A stretch of DNA of 63,869 nucleotides, the filler included, from Reticulomyxa filosa (taxonomy: Eukaryota > Protista > Foraminifera), in assembly GCA_000512085.1 (NCBI GenBank). It is 12 parts of 12 records of this genome, joined end to end, with 100 filler letters (N's around TTAATTAATTAA, not from the genome) between each part and the next. Parts side by side here need not be neighbours in the genome. Positions count along the whole stretch, not along the records: positions 49,166 to 51,617 come from ASPP01013953.1; positions 51,718 to 54,681 come from ASPP01007842.1; positions 54,782 to 57,909 come from ASPP01007017.1; positions 58,010 to 61,250 come from ASPP01018315.1; positions 61,351 to 63,869 come from ASPP01025005.1; 7 more parts are not named here. One strand, given 5' to 3'. The position numbers and the translations under genes are program-made. The notes under the pieces were generated by a model that saw only the letters and a program-made list of their open reading frames with translations, made no database searches and was not told the origin of the DNA. This document shows positions 51,340 through 63,869 of this stretch, one piece after another (positions within the stretch are counted from its first letter, which is position 1; the number at the start of each line of letters is the position of its first letter).

Positions 51340-51717
51340 ATTGGATGAAATAACTTTAAGAATTTTGCACATCCTTGAGAGATTTTACATTGATCGAAAT
51401 TGTTCATATAACTGTTTTGTTTTCAGTTTAACAAAAATTAACTAATCTACAACTTACACACGTTTCATTAGTATTAAAAAATATTTTAATATTGGCTTTC
51501 CAAAAGAATGCACTTTTAAAAAAATGCGTATTGAAGATGATTTCAAAGTATAAATGTAATTTATAAAATATGGCTCCACTCAAATTAAACCTAACCTCTG
51601 AAAATTTCGTTGAATTANNNNNNNNNNNNNNNNNNNNNNNNNNNNNNNNNNNNNNNNNNNNTTAATTAATTAANNNNNNNNNNNNNNNNNNNNNNNNNNN
51701 NNNNNNNNNNNNNNNNN

Positions 51718-51753
<36 letters not shown>

Positions 51754-52982
51754 GCTAAGTCCAACGTTACCAACAGTTTCTCCAAGTCTTTCTCCAACGG
51801 TTCATCCGGTAACGACGGCTCATCCAACCAAGCGTCCGACCAAACCTCCTACAAAGAGACCTACAAGATTACCTACGTTGTCGCCGACACTCCCTACTTT
51901 ATCTCCCACAACTCGTCCCACAAAATCTCCAACTGTTCACGATGCCCAAACTTCGAATAAAATAACGGACAAAATTAAATCTATCGGAACTTTGTATCTC
52001 ATTATTTTGGGCTTGGCTGTTCTTATTGGCATCAGCATTTGCTGCATTATCATATACTGTGTTAATCAACGACGAAAAAAAGATGAAAATCAAACAAAGA
52101 ATCTGATCCCTGTCGAAGCAGTTGAACCTACCCCAGCACCAGGGCCAGTGAAAAAACCAGTTGAAACTGATGGTCAAACCACCAATCCAACTACGCTTCC
52201 ACCAAAGGAAGAGGTAAAAAAGACAACCTCATTGTCCTATCCGTTAGATGATGTTGAATTGTCCAACTCAGATATCTATGGAGGAAATGATGGCAATGTT
52301 ACTACGAAACGGCCAGAATCACCAGTAGGTGGCGAAGAAGGAATTGTGAAAAACGAAACACAAACGGAAGGAATGGGTATGGAAGGAGATCCTGCAGTTA
52401 CTGGTGGTGATACACAGTCGCCACGAACGCCAGGCAAGCAGCCAGCTTTGAAGAATCCTGCCGATCAAAACAAGAAACCAGAGCACGGTATGTAAAGGAA
52501 GGAGGAAAAAAAAAAAAAAGCCTAAAGGAAACACGATTTTCATTCTTTATAGTGCTGTGTGCACACGGACATTACTACCTTTTATACATACAGCTGCTGA
52601 AGAAGATGACAACCAAATTATATTGGAAATGCAAGAAATGATGACTAAGAGTGGCGATAGTCAAGTGTTGGATGTGCTGATGCAAGGACGAAAAGACGTT
52701 GCAAAGGAACTGGAAATTGACGAGCCTGATGATGAAGTGAACCATCACAAGGCAGATATTACGCAGGGATCAGACCAAAAAAATGAACCACCACAAAAGG
52801 TAAAGAAGACAAAGGGATCATCAGCATTGCGAGCATTAGGAGATGTTGTGCATGAAGAAAAAGAAAATGATCAAGTGGAAAATTATCCAAAGAGAGACGA
52901 TCGATTATCCGCGACAAGTATTGCCAGTGGAGACACATTGATGGGTTTTGCAAACTCTACGCAAGGGGAGAGTCTCAGCTGA
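51754..52982 (+). CDS. Single-pass membrane protein with Pro/Thr-rich (PT-repeat) stalk, 3' part
   Basis: SPT/RPT/KPPT repeats, TM LYLIILGLAVLIGISICCIIIYCV followed by RRKK, acidic tail; intron ~52488-52592. Confidence 0.75.
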
Positions 52983-53415
52983 AAACTACTGCCTGCAACA
53001 AATTTGTGTGTAAAAATTGGAAAAAATTGCAATATCGGATTTTATGCTCAGTGTGTGAATAAAAATTGTGCCGTAGAGGCTTTGTTGACAATGATGCCTA
53101 ATTCGGAAACTGAAAAAAAAAATCGTTGCAAACATAAAGGAAAATAATTTTTCTGTAGTACTTGGACACCCAGAAGGCTCAGAAAAACTGTCAACCTAAA
53201 AGTTGTTTAAGTTAGCTCAATAATCAATGAGAAAAAGATTAAAGTATTGATTCGTTTCTTTTTCCTCATTGCATTATTAAAAAACATAAATAAATATCTT
53301 AAGATGACGTGGCTCATATCTCCATTAAATTGCCAATTAGTTGTAAAAACATCCAACAAACAATATTTGGAAAGCGATCTGCTGTCAATACAAAAATAGA
53401 GCTGATGTGCACACA

Positions 53416-54681
53416 TCAGTAATGTGATAACGAAAGATAATCGGAAATGGCATCAAATACTTGTTCAAGTTCAAGTGTCAAAATTTTGAATTGTCGACAA
53501 AAATCAATTTGCTTGTTGATCAGAACAGCATTTTTCGGATCATATACGAAAGCGTATGACTTGGAGTTATCTCTATCAATTTCTTTGTTCTCTGCTTCTT
53601 TTTTCCATTTCAATGGCAGGCTCTTCAATATAGTTGCGCCAGCTGCATGAAATATTCCCATTAAATCATTATACATTTGCTTGTCGAAATGCTTGTCGAT
53701 TATGACGGCACAATCTTTAAACAATCCCCGGTCGTGCCTTTTTTGATGATCTTCACGAGATTTTTTGGCTGCTCCCTTAGCCCTTTTATCTGCAGCAATC
53801 TGTATTCACAATAAAAAAAAAGTTTTCCAAAAAGAGCAAAACAAAATACGAAAACAAAGATCTCTGACCTCAAATAGCAGTTCGCTGACAAGACAGCGTT
53901 TTTCAATACATTCATCAACCCAATCGAAGCAAAGAATCCAACTGCCGGTAACCACTGCTTGGAAATATTTTATTGTGCGAATCTCTAATATTCGACCAGC
54001 CTCTTTTGTTGCCGAAGTGATTAAGTGTGTGACCTCTTCTGTCCATTCAGTGACAACACTGACACGATTGATAAACATTTGTTTAAACTCTTTAATCCGT
54101 TGTTTCTGGGAAGCAGATAATTTGGTACACAAGATGACCAAAGGTTCGGAAGTAGTCGACAGTTCCAACTGTTCTCGAGCAGATGGTGATTTGTTATCGT
54201 CATCATCATCAAGCGAAAGCGAAGCTGTAGGAATATTCTTATTATCGTGAATGTCGTTATCCACGCAGTAACTGCCGCTGGCAGCGCGTGCTTTGCTACG
54301 TTTGGGTCGTGAGTTCGGCGGATCTTTGGTGGCACGGTGCTGTTGTCTACGTAAGCGAAGAGACCGCCTACGATTGTTATGTTCCGAGCTACATTATTTT
54401 GTGAACTATCTTGTGACATGTCTTTGTCGTAACCCTGGCTACATTGATATTCTGATTCTGATTCTTCTTCTTGTTCTTGTTCTTCTTCTTCCTCTTCTTC
54501 CTGTTCTTCTTCTTCACTTTCTGTTTCTACGATCACTTTTCTACCTTTTGATTTGCGTGTGTTTTTAATCTTACCTTTGCTCTTCGACAAGTTTCTATTC
54601 TTCTTTTCATCCCAATGAGTTGGGCACAGTGTATGGCATTGACTCTCATCTTCAAACTTTGTGCAAAAAAAAAAAAAAAAA
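53416..54681 (-). CDS. Tandem BRCT-domain protein (BRCA1/BARD1-like C-terminus), 3' part
   Basis: LCTKLS..VTHLI..RTIKYFQAVVTGSWILCFDWVDEC..E; linker GAAKKSR..LFKD; second BRCT with AAGA..WV-like QVFDAIS; upstream LCPTH and an acidic tract. Confidence 0.8.
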
Positions 54682-55020
54682 NNNNNNNNNNNNNNNNNNN
54701 NNNNNNNNNNNNNNNNNNNNNNNNNTTAATTAATTAANNNNNNNNNNNNNNNNNNNNNNNNNNNNNNNNNNNNNNNNNNNNCCATAACTCCCACCACAAT
54801 GACACACCTTTTTTCATCATTTTTTTTTTTGTTGGATATTTAATAGCTGTCCGCTCTTCAAAAGATCATTGACTACAATATCAAAAAAAACTTTTTCTTC
54901 TCAGAACCCGTTTCGCTGTATTTGTTTAACTCATTAGTGCCATATTAAATCAAAATAATAGATTTTCCAATTTTTATTTATTCATATATTACTAATTTAT
55001 GTTTTCATACATACACGCAA

Positions 55021-55440
55021 TTGTTATTTGATGAACTTTTTTCTCCCTTCTCTCCCCCCTTCATGGTTGTGCATGATAATCTTTCTTCTATTATACACAT
55101 TAAAGAAGTTGAGATATTTGCACAGCTCGCTAACGCTTTACTCACTTACATGCTTACCCTACTATTCATTCCGCTGACGTGGCCTGACAGTTTGTCGACG
55201 TCATTGTCTTATCTCTCATATGATGCGTCTGTGGTGCCCAATCTGGCGCTTTTTCTGAAGATATTGCAATTGATGCAAGGATACCATCTCTTCAAAGATG
55301 TGGAGTTCAATATGGATACTCATCCCAACAATATTTTGGTCATGCCCGATGAACGTCTCGGGGCCTATCGATCTACGGCCAGTTGAAGTATCTTTTCAAT
55401 GAGGTGAAATGGAGTTTCGATACATTAAATGAGTCATCAA
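55021..55440 (+). CDS. Possible 3' exon fragment of an unknown gene
   Basis: 121-aa ORF with elevated GC near the contig start; no motif recognised. Confidence 0.3.
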
Positions 55441-58024
55441 GCAATGGAGCCAATTTATATTTGTAATTGATGATGTGTGCTTTATTTTTTTTTTTCTTTT
55501 GAAGTTTCGTTTGCATAAACTTTTTTTCTTTATTTCTTTGTTTCTCTTGCAGCTTCATGCATAGGGTTTTTTGTTTTCTCTTGGAGAATATTTTGAAGAG
55601 TCTTTTAGAGTTTGTTAAAACTAAAATATTGTTGTTAAGTTGAATAATTTATTATTTTTGGATTGATTGTTTCCATTTGATCGATAGTACATCTTTCAAG
55701 CGACAGATTGTAGAAAAAAAAGTATATTTGAGATATCGGTGTTTCTTCTTAATTTTTTTAAATGAGAAACAAAATACTGCGATTTATCGTGTTTTTTGAG
55801 AGAAAGGAAAAGCTTCATTTTGTATTGAAGTATAATTCTGGAAAAATATTACTTTTTATTCAATTTAAGATCAGCTATTTACTTAAAAAAAAAAAATTGA
55901 AATACATCAACATTGTAGCAGGAGAAGTGAAATCAAATTTAATTTGTTCAAAATATTTTCCTACATTCACTTCAAACAAATTTTTTTTTTACTTCAAGTA
56001 ATTATATCGATCTTATGTTTGGTAATGGTGTAGTTCTTATTCTCCAAAAGATAATATTGTTATTTTGAAAAAACAAAACCAATCATTTTAATTTTGTTTA
56101 TGAATTTTTTGAGGACTTTATTTTTTATTTATATTCACCACGGTCAAGAGAAAGATTGTTTTTTTTTTTTTACGCCAAGATTTATTGAATTGTGCACTAT
56201 CTTTTGTTTTTCTTCCAATGAGAAAACAAAAAAGAAGCGAATTTAGCTTCCAAATGAAAGCAGCAAGAGATAAAAAGTAATTGCTGCCATAACAGAAAAT
56301 GAAAAACTTCAGTATCAGCAAATCAGTGACAATAAACGCTGTCTTTTTTTTTTTTTTATGTCTCGCCCAAAGAAAAAAAAATAATTTTGTATTTTTATTT
56401 TCAATTTTTTTTATCTTTATCTGGAAAAGTACAAATATTATCCACATTCACTAAGCTCGTCCCATTCTTTTAGTGTTTGTGTTTTCCAATCCTCGTTGTT
56501 CAAATCTAATTCTTTTCAATCAATTTTACATTAGGTCTTTTTGTTTTTTTTTTTTTGAGCAGAAAGACGCAATATTGAATCTTTATAATTTTTGGCCAAT
56601 CAATGAGGTTACTATGTATTTGAGATTTTTCTTTTGTCTAAAAAAAGACACCACCCTTTCAATTGAATAATGGGCTGTCTTTAAATTAAAAATCAAATTT
56701 CAATTTCGTGAAATGACAATGAAACGTAGGCCTTCTCGGATTAGTTATGCTTTCAAGTCTTCGTTAGCCACGTCGTCTGCTAAAGCTAGCTTCATAAAGA
56801 TGTTCTTTTTATCTTGGAGCCATACAAAATTCTGAGTCCATGGTTTTGCTATTGCCATTCTTCCCTTTTTTTTTCATAAAATCTAGTTTCTCCCTAAAAA
56901 AAAATTGTTACAGCCACAAAAAGGACAAAAACATGAGTTATCGCGCAAAAATATAAAAAATGTTAGTTTTTTTTTAAATTGTGAAAATTTGTGCTTTTGA
57001 TAAAGTAATAATAATAAACAGTGGAATTTTTGTTAAAAAAAAAATTGATGATTCGATTTAAAAAATTTCATTTACAATTTCTTAGCTTGCTGAAGAAAAG
57101 AGAGACATATTCCTTTATCCACATAAAAAAAGCACAAGATCAGAAAAGTTGGAACTAGTTATGATCGCTACTTCTGTTCGTTAGACAAAAAGCGAATCAA
57201 ACACAAAAAAAAATTGATCGATAAAGTGATTGCATCAGTTTACAAAAGTACATCGCTCGTGTGAAAACAAAAACAGAAAAGACACTCTTTTGGATTTTGA
57301 ATTGGATAAGGACTTGTTCTCATCTAAGGTATCCAAAGTGCAGGACTATTTGAAAAATTTAACAGATCAAGAAACTGTTCATTAGCAAGTCTTCCATTAG
57401 AGGGATGCAATGACGCAGATAGATTTTAAGAATCATTCATAATAAGTTTGATTCTCACTAACCCTAATTGCCTCTTGTTTTTTGTAGTTTGTAGCTTACA
57501 CAAATCAAGAGGCTAAATTGACGAAGCAATTTGCTACAATCTTGTTTTTGATTTTTCTTTTTAGCTTTGAAAAAAGGTTGGAGGACTATTCCAAACTTAT
57601 TATTTTGAATTTGTACAAGTATCTTCAGCCTTTTCAAAAAAAATAAAGAAAATTAAAACTTTTTTTAATCATCTGACGTCTTTCCGTTTCAGAGTGCCCT
57701 GAAAGAGAGGGGGGGCAAACGGAAAAGAAAAGCGTAAGTGACGAACACTGTCGTTTCGCAGCAACATGAAGCCATCGTTAATATATGAAATTATATTGAG
57801 TGCATTGCACGTATTAAACACGTTTTACGTGGTAACAAATGCAAATAACGTGGCCAGAGACAACGCAAACATATTTCAATAATTCAAGACGATATGAATA
57901 TATCAATAANNNNNNNNNNNNNNNNNNNNNNNNNNNNNNNNNNNNNNNNNNNNTTAATTAATTAANNNNNNNNNNNNNNNNNNNNNNNNNNNNNNNNNNN
58001 NNNNNNNNNAAAAAAAAAAAGAAA

Positions 58025-60303
58025 CTATAACGGGAATGTTCTGTGTTTGTAAATAGGATGGAGTTTATTAACGTCTTCCACAAAAGAGATTTTGTAGAAG
58101 GGGTCAAAAGGATTGCTATCAGGATCAGTGAAGGACAAGACTTGAGTGTCATTGTCATTGAGCTGAAAGATGACGTGTCCGCCGTCGATAGAAGCGAGAG
58201 TAGTTTGCCAGCAAGAGAACACTTCGTCTTGCAAGTTGACCAAAACAAATGTTTGCGTGTTTGCCTTGGTGTCACTCGACTGATATATCAAGGCAAAGTT
58301 TTGAATCGCCGGGGCTGTGACGAACAGCACTAGCCATTGGATATCATTTATTGCTTGTGTAGAAATAGTTCCAGCATAGCCATTGATTCTAGATCTGATA
58401 AAGGAGTTTACCAAACACGAAAAAAAAAAAATATATATATAACATATATATATTATATAACAAATAAATATATTATATGACATAGCAATAACACTCTGTT
58501 TTATTCGACTCAACTGATACGACCCTCCATAAATACCCAGTTGCGACTGAACATTAGTAGGGTAGTTTGGACTCATCACTGATTGCTGCGTGGCCAGCCA
58601 CCCAGCAAACGCAGGGATCAAAATTTCCAAATTGCTCAAGGTCAACATCGACCCATCAATTTGTGCATTTGTCAGTCCGATTACCCCCAGCCGCATTTCA
58701 GGAACCAATGCGACTGACGCGGAAAAGCCATTTACATTCCCACCTTTCGAGCGGACCAAGTGTCCACTCACCACTTGCATTTCCCAAGGACTGCCATATG
58801 CTGTGTATCGTCCATACACATACACATATACATGCGTACAGAGTTTACAGGTTCAAATGAAATTCCAACTTAAAAAAAAGGGGGGGAGGGGGAAGGAGAA
58901 GGAAGCAAAAAAAAAAAAATTAGGGGGGGATATAACCTGATTGCATATCCGGACTGTAGGAAACAGGACGCAGCATTTCACGCAAAGTCTGTGGCGCAAG
59001 GATCAATTGCTTGGGCGACCCCAACGACAGCGAATATTTGCTGGGAACAGCTAGCAAAAACTGGCCGAGCAAAGTTGCGAGATCACCGACGGTGGAGAAG
59101 ATTTGGCCTGCGGGAGCCTCCCATCCAAGGTTGGAGAAGCCGTAGGGTTGTTGGGTATATTGATTGTATCCAGTTGCGGCATGTGCTAGTTGTTGCGAGG
59201 TCGGGGTCACACCACTGTTATTGAGGCCCAGTGGATATAACAGGTATTTCTTTAAGCCTTCCTCATAAGTCAAATTTTCATACTCGGCCATTATGTTTCC
59301 TGGTGACATTACACATCGACGTATACATTATATGTATATAAAAGGGTAGGTATAATGTAAAGGAATACGTATAACTTCAAAGATGAGATAAAATTTATAC
59401 ACACACAATATCTGTACATATACCTAATACTGCGTATGCCAAATTGCTATAGCTCGCTTGAGCATCTGGAGCATGGATGAGTGTCTGATTTTTTAACCTT
59501 TGCAAAATAGTAGATGTGGTCAGACCGACACACACGTTACTGCTATTCATGGTACATGGAGACTCACGTCCGAGTCCTGACACTTGAGAGGCGAGCTGTT
59601 TCAATGTTATCGTCTTGCCTTGTCTCTCACTTTCTGTCACACCCCAAGGGTTGTTTACGCTGAAGTTGCTGTTGAACTTGCTTATTGGGTCGTCCATTCG
59701 ACATATGCCCTGTTTCCAAATGATGTCAGACAATCATTTCTCTTTTGTTATTTCAGTTCGTACTAAAACGTGTAGGCTGACTTTTTTTTTTTTTTTTTCT
59801 TCCCCTCCTGTGTCCTCCCCCTTTTTTTTTTTGTGGTGCCCTTTCTTACAACCCTTTTATACTTGGCTATAAACGAAAGAAAGAAAGAAAGGGAAAAATT
59901 AAACTAACATTGTCTCGCATGTTAAATGCCATCGTCGTCGTAAAGAGTTTCGACACACTTCCAACCTCATAAATGGTGTTTTGATTTGGCTGTGATTTGC
60001 TGTCGTTCAAATTTGTCTGTCCCATTCCCTTGAGAAAATCAACTGATTTCCATACAAAATACCAAATGAAATAGATGGGACCACATACAATTTTTGTATT
60101 TGTTCCAAGTTCATTGTCACCTTCCAAAATGCATTGGCGATCAAGTGTGGCCTTGTCGTTGACATGTCATAGGTGGCGTTATAATATTGAAAAGGACCAC
60201 AACCAGTGTAAACAGACTCCATCCCTAGTGGTCCTGACTGTCCCATCACCATAGTTAGCCAACCATAAGAGACAAGACAGGCCAAAACCAACCATAAATA
60301 CAT
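58025..60303 (-). CDS. Secreted beta-lactamase-like serine hydrolase (class C/PBP fold), multi-exon
   Basis: Signal peptide MYLWLVLACLVSYG; SxxK YEVGSVSK; LASQVSGL; YSN; PAGQIFST; KGG triad. Confidence 0.88.
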
Positions 60304-60727
60304 TGTTATAATGTTAATTATTTAGTACTTTTAAAATTTTTCTTTTTCTTAAAAAAAAATGCTAATACTAAATTATCTTCACACAACAAATCTGACATAA
60401 ACCAAAAGTGGTACTTTATGATTTCCCATTATTTCACTTGTCTATTTGATGTTTGAAATTATCAGTATTTACGTAAAAATAACTTGTTTTACGATTCATT
60501 GCCTAATTTCAGAGGGGCAATATTTTGCATTTAATACAGATACGTCGAAAATTTCAAAAAAGTTGTAACACCGAAGTTTGCTATGGAAAGTAACTACAAA
60601 GAAAGTATAATTTTGTTCTTGGTATTAATTTTTGTGTAAAAAAAGGACGGAACTGCCTAACGACTTTGATTTTTTGTGGTTATTAGGGTGTCCCCTTAAA
60701 AAAACATAATAGAAAAATCGACGCGTA

Positions 60728-61250
60728 ATGTCCAATTCGAAATTTCCCGGTGTTAGTTTGACAAATGATTATTCAAGCCCAGGATTGCATGATATTTCCT
60801 CACTACCTTCAATCCATCGACTAACAATACAAAATGATAACGAAGCGGACATGCAAAGTTTCTACAACAAGCAGCACGCAAAGACAGAGCATATTCCAAG
60901 AGAAAAATTGAAGGAGGTGATACCTGACATAAGGAGATCTCTGTCGGACCGTTTTGGGAAGAAGGCAACCCCAAAATTTTGGATGAGCAAGCCACACAGC
61001 TCAATTTTTTCCTCATCAGGCGAGTTGATTGAATGCCGATTGAAAAGCAAAAAAATAATGTTCCACATACACACAAAAAAAAAAAAAAGGTATCGAAGCC
61101 ATGTTGGAACGGTCATGTCGGACAGACACAGAAATACAATACAATGAAATGAATGATATGATGTACCCTCGGTCTCAAAAGCCATCGCTTTCCGGGAACA
61201 GCGGGACGACAGGGATGGCAGGCGTACGTCGCGGCCAAGGCGGTAGAGAG
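60728..61250 (+). CDS. Hypothetical protein, 5' fragment
   Basis: ATG-initiated ORF, probable intron ~61020-61089, truncated by linker. Confidence 0.5.
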
Positions 61251-61350
61251 NNNNNNNNNNNNNNNNNNNNNNNNNNNNNNNNNNNNNNNNNNNNTTAATT
61301 AATTAANNNNNNNNNNNNNNNNNNNNNNNNNNNNNNNNNNNNNNNNNNNN

Positions 61351-61884
61351 ATAAGTGATAAATAACAAATTATTGTTGATTCCGCCAATCACTGCACGCA
61401 CTCCACAATAATTGTTATATTGATTTCCAATGATAATTGGATGATTGTGATTATCCGTGAAAGGAATCCATTGATTGTAATTGTTTAATTTATCTAATAT
61501 ATCACTCCAAACACTTACATATTTCATCACCAATGTATGTTTATTTTTTCCATTCCAATTAGATCCAAAAGACAACAAAGTGATTTGATTTTTGTCTTTG
61601 TTATCTACCAATTTTAATACACAGTGCCCGTTTAATACAACATCACTTGGATATTCGCAGATGAATTTGTATTCATTTTTAATTGTATGATAAGAATAAC
61701 AAGCTCTTTTACTAACACCTCCACAAATCAGGATCTCGTGTTTGTGTGGCACGCATTGAGGATCTGATAGTGGAGTTGGCAACTCCTTCAAAGTTTGAAA
61801 GGCTGAACCAATAATATGTTGGCTTTGTTTAGTTTGTTCAGTTTCTTTTTTAGAAGGTCTTCGTGTTGTATTTTTGTTACCCAT
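61351..61884 (-). CDS. Kelch-like beta-propeller family protein, 5' part
   Basis: MGN start; FQTLKELPTPL..CVPHKHEILICGG..CYSYHTIKNEYKFICEYPSDV.L.GHCV; RAVIGG.NN.LLFITY. Confidence 0.8.
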
Positions 61885-61924
61885 GTTATTAATGTTGCTG
61901 AAATTTTTAAGTTTAACTTTTTAA

Positions 61925-62113
61925 AAAAAAGGGGATGCGACCATCCTAATTTTATCTTTAAAGTTCGGATTTAATAATGAATAATAAATTGCATTTCATG
62001 TTTTGACTGTTCATTATTTATTGTTTGCACAATACAATTTACTTGTACAGTGTCCATTTAATGTGACATCACTTGGATACTCAAGGTTTTTGTGTTGTAT
62101 TTTGATTACCCAT
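61925..62113 (-). pseudogene. Internally deleted miniature copy of the Kelch-like gene
   Basis: Start (ATGGGTAATCAAAATACAACAC), middle (GAGTATCCAAGTGATGT...GGACACTGT) and end (HY*IRTLKIKLGW) are directly juxtaposed. Confidence 0.7.
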
Positions 62114-62395
62114 GTGTTAATACTGTTGAAATTTTTTAAAAATAAAAATGGTGTTTTACATGGACATTTTTCATTTGGTTAATGGAACAAAAAACTTTTC
62201 TGTTTTCAAAAAATTTAAAGAAATTTTTTACATATTTACTGTCATCTTTGTAGTAAGACATAAGCAAAATACAAATATTTAAAGTTCAAGTTTATGTAAT
62301 GAAAAGTCTTACTTCAGAAAATTATATTCAAAAGGAACAAAATCAAGAAATCACTTCAAAGTCTTTCATTTTTTAAAAAAAATAATTTATTACTT

Positions 62396-63869
62396 TTATG
62401 AATATAATAATCCCCAAATTTGGATTTTACAATCACTAGAGCCTGATATAATTTTATTTCCATTTTGAGAAACATCCACACATTTCACACCAGCAGAATT
62501 TTCGTTCAACATTTGTATTCTCTTCCCTGATTCTAGGTTCCACAATCGAATTGTACTATCATTCGAACATGATACAATTGTCTGACCATCTGAAAAATAT
62601 TGTATATCACCCACACGACTTGTATGTTCTTCCAATATTTTTAATTCTATTCCTGTTTTAATATTCCATATTCGGACTGTGTTATCAAATGAACAAGATA
62701 CAATAAATTTGCTATCTGGAGAAAATCTTGCACGTGTTACACCATCAGAATGTCCTTTGAATTGTCTCAATATTTCACCGGATTCTACGTTCCACAGATT
62801 AATTGTTGTATCGTACGATGATGATACAATCATTTTACCATCTGGTGAAAATTGTGTACTCAATACACCTTCTGAATGTCCTAATAATCGATTCATTTCT
62901 ATTCCAGAACGCACATCCCATAATATTATTGTTTTATCTCTCAAACCTGACACAATATATCTTCCATTTGGAGAAAAGTCTACATCCCATATACTATCAA
63001 AATCTCTTTCTATTTTCATTATTTCAGTTCCTGTATTAACATCCCATAATCGAATTGTTCTATCTTTTGAACATGAAACAACAGTATGCCCATCTGGTGA
63101 AAATCTCGCAGTAAAGACAGCATTAGTATGTCCTCTGAAAATTTGAAGTTGTTTTCCCGATGAAACATCCCATATTCGAACAGTATGATCATATGACGCT
63201 GAAACAATCTTGCGACAATCCGCAGAAAATCTAACACCGCTAACTTTTCGGCCATGTCCCTGTAAAACCAATAATAATTGATGACCTTTTACCTATTTGA
63301 AAATGCAAACCTTATAATAACAATTATATATAAAAAATAAATTACTTAACATAGTTGATAACAATTTTGTTAAAATCATTGATCCATCCTAATTTTATCT
63401 TTAAAACTCGAATCCAATATTGAATAATACATTTTATTTCATTTGTTGACTGTTATTATTTATTATTTATGTAACATAATTTATTTCCATTTGATCACCA
63501 AAAAATAAATAAATAAACAAATCATTACCAACTGTAAAGGTGCTCATACATGCGCTTTAGTTTTCATGTGGGTTAATACTGTTTCATTATCTTCTCCTCT
63601 AATGATGTGTATGATTGTCTTCTTCACCCAATATTGCAATGGCTTGGGTAAAGTGTTTTGAAATGTTATCCATTTATTTCCTTGAATTGAATATTTGTGC
63701 ATTAACTTTGAAACAACATTATCATCATATTTACCATTCCATCCACCAAAGAATAAGATGTCATCATTGATACACACATATGCATATTGATAGAATGGTT
63801 TCATATCATGACAAACAGGTAGTCTCTGAAATTGAAAAGTGTTGTTATCTTTATCATATTCAATTGATA
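62396..63869 (-). CDS. WD40 7-repeat exon joined to an upstream, partly degenerate Kelch-family C-terminus
   Basis: 291-aa ORF of GH..FSPDG..VS.S.D.T.R.WD repeats; short upstream exon IIQYWIRVLKIKLGWINDFNKIVINY; Kelch text ILFFGGWN..HKYSI..NKW..FQNTLP with a frame break. Confidence 0.8.

Noticed and set aside
57681-57725. Hairpin TTTCCGTTT...AAACGGAAA
   Set aside because: Single 9-bp stem with no recognisable ncRNA motif.

Overview
AT-rich, intron-rich eukaryotic DNA made of 12 contigs joined by eleven ~100-bp artificial N...TTAATTAATTAA...N linkers, so adjacency across linkers means nothing. The WD40 family (GGNGYTICSGS-type), the Kelch-like family (IQYWIR.LKIKLGW) and the many pseudogenes resemble the foraminiferan Reticulomyxa filosa; that assignment is an inference. 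Recognisable genes: a syntaxin, a coiled-coil protein, a MYCBP2-type RING-Cys-relay E3 ligase with NZF/RING/IBR modules, a G-alpha, an EF-hand/WD40/SAM protein, a BSD-NECAP fusion, a kinesin-5-like tail with PDZ, RBBP5, a stand-alone ATP-dependent RNA-ligase-like protein, a RING-H2 ligase, uridine kinase, a tandem-BRCT protein, a secreted beta-lactamase-like hydrolase, and Kelch/WD40 family members. There are also LINE relics and several pseudogenes. The most unusual element is a ~650-bp non-coding block at ~38648-39305. It lacks the genome's homopolymer runs and, by eye, appears to be a degenerate, hierarchically nested tandem repeat with periods of ~8, ~24.5, ~73 and ~220 bp, each about three times the last.
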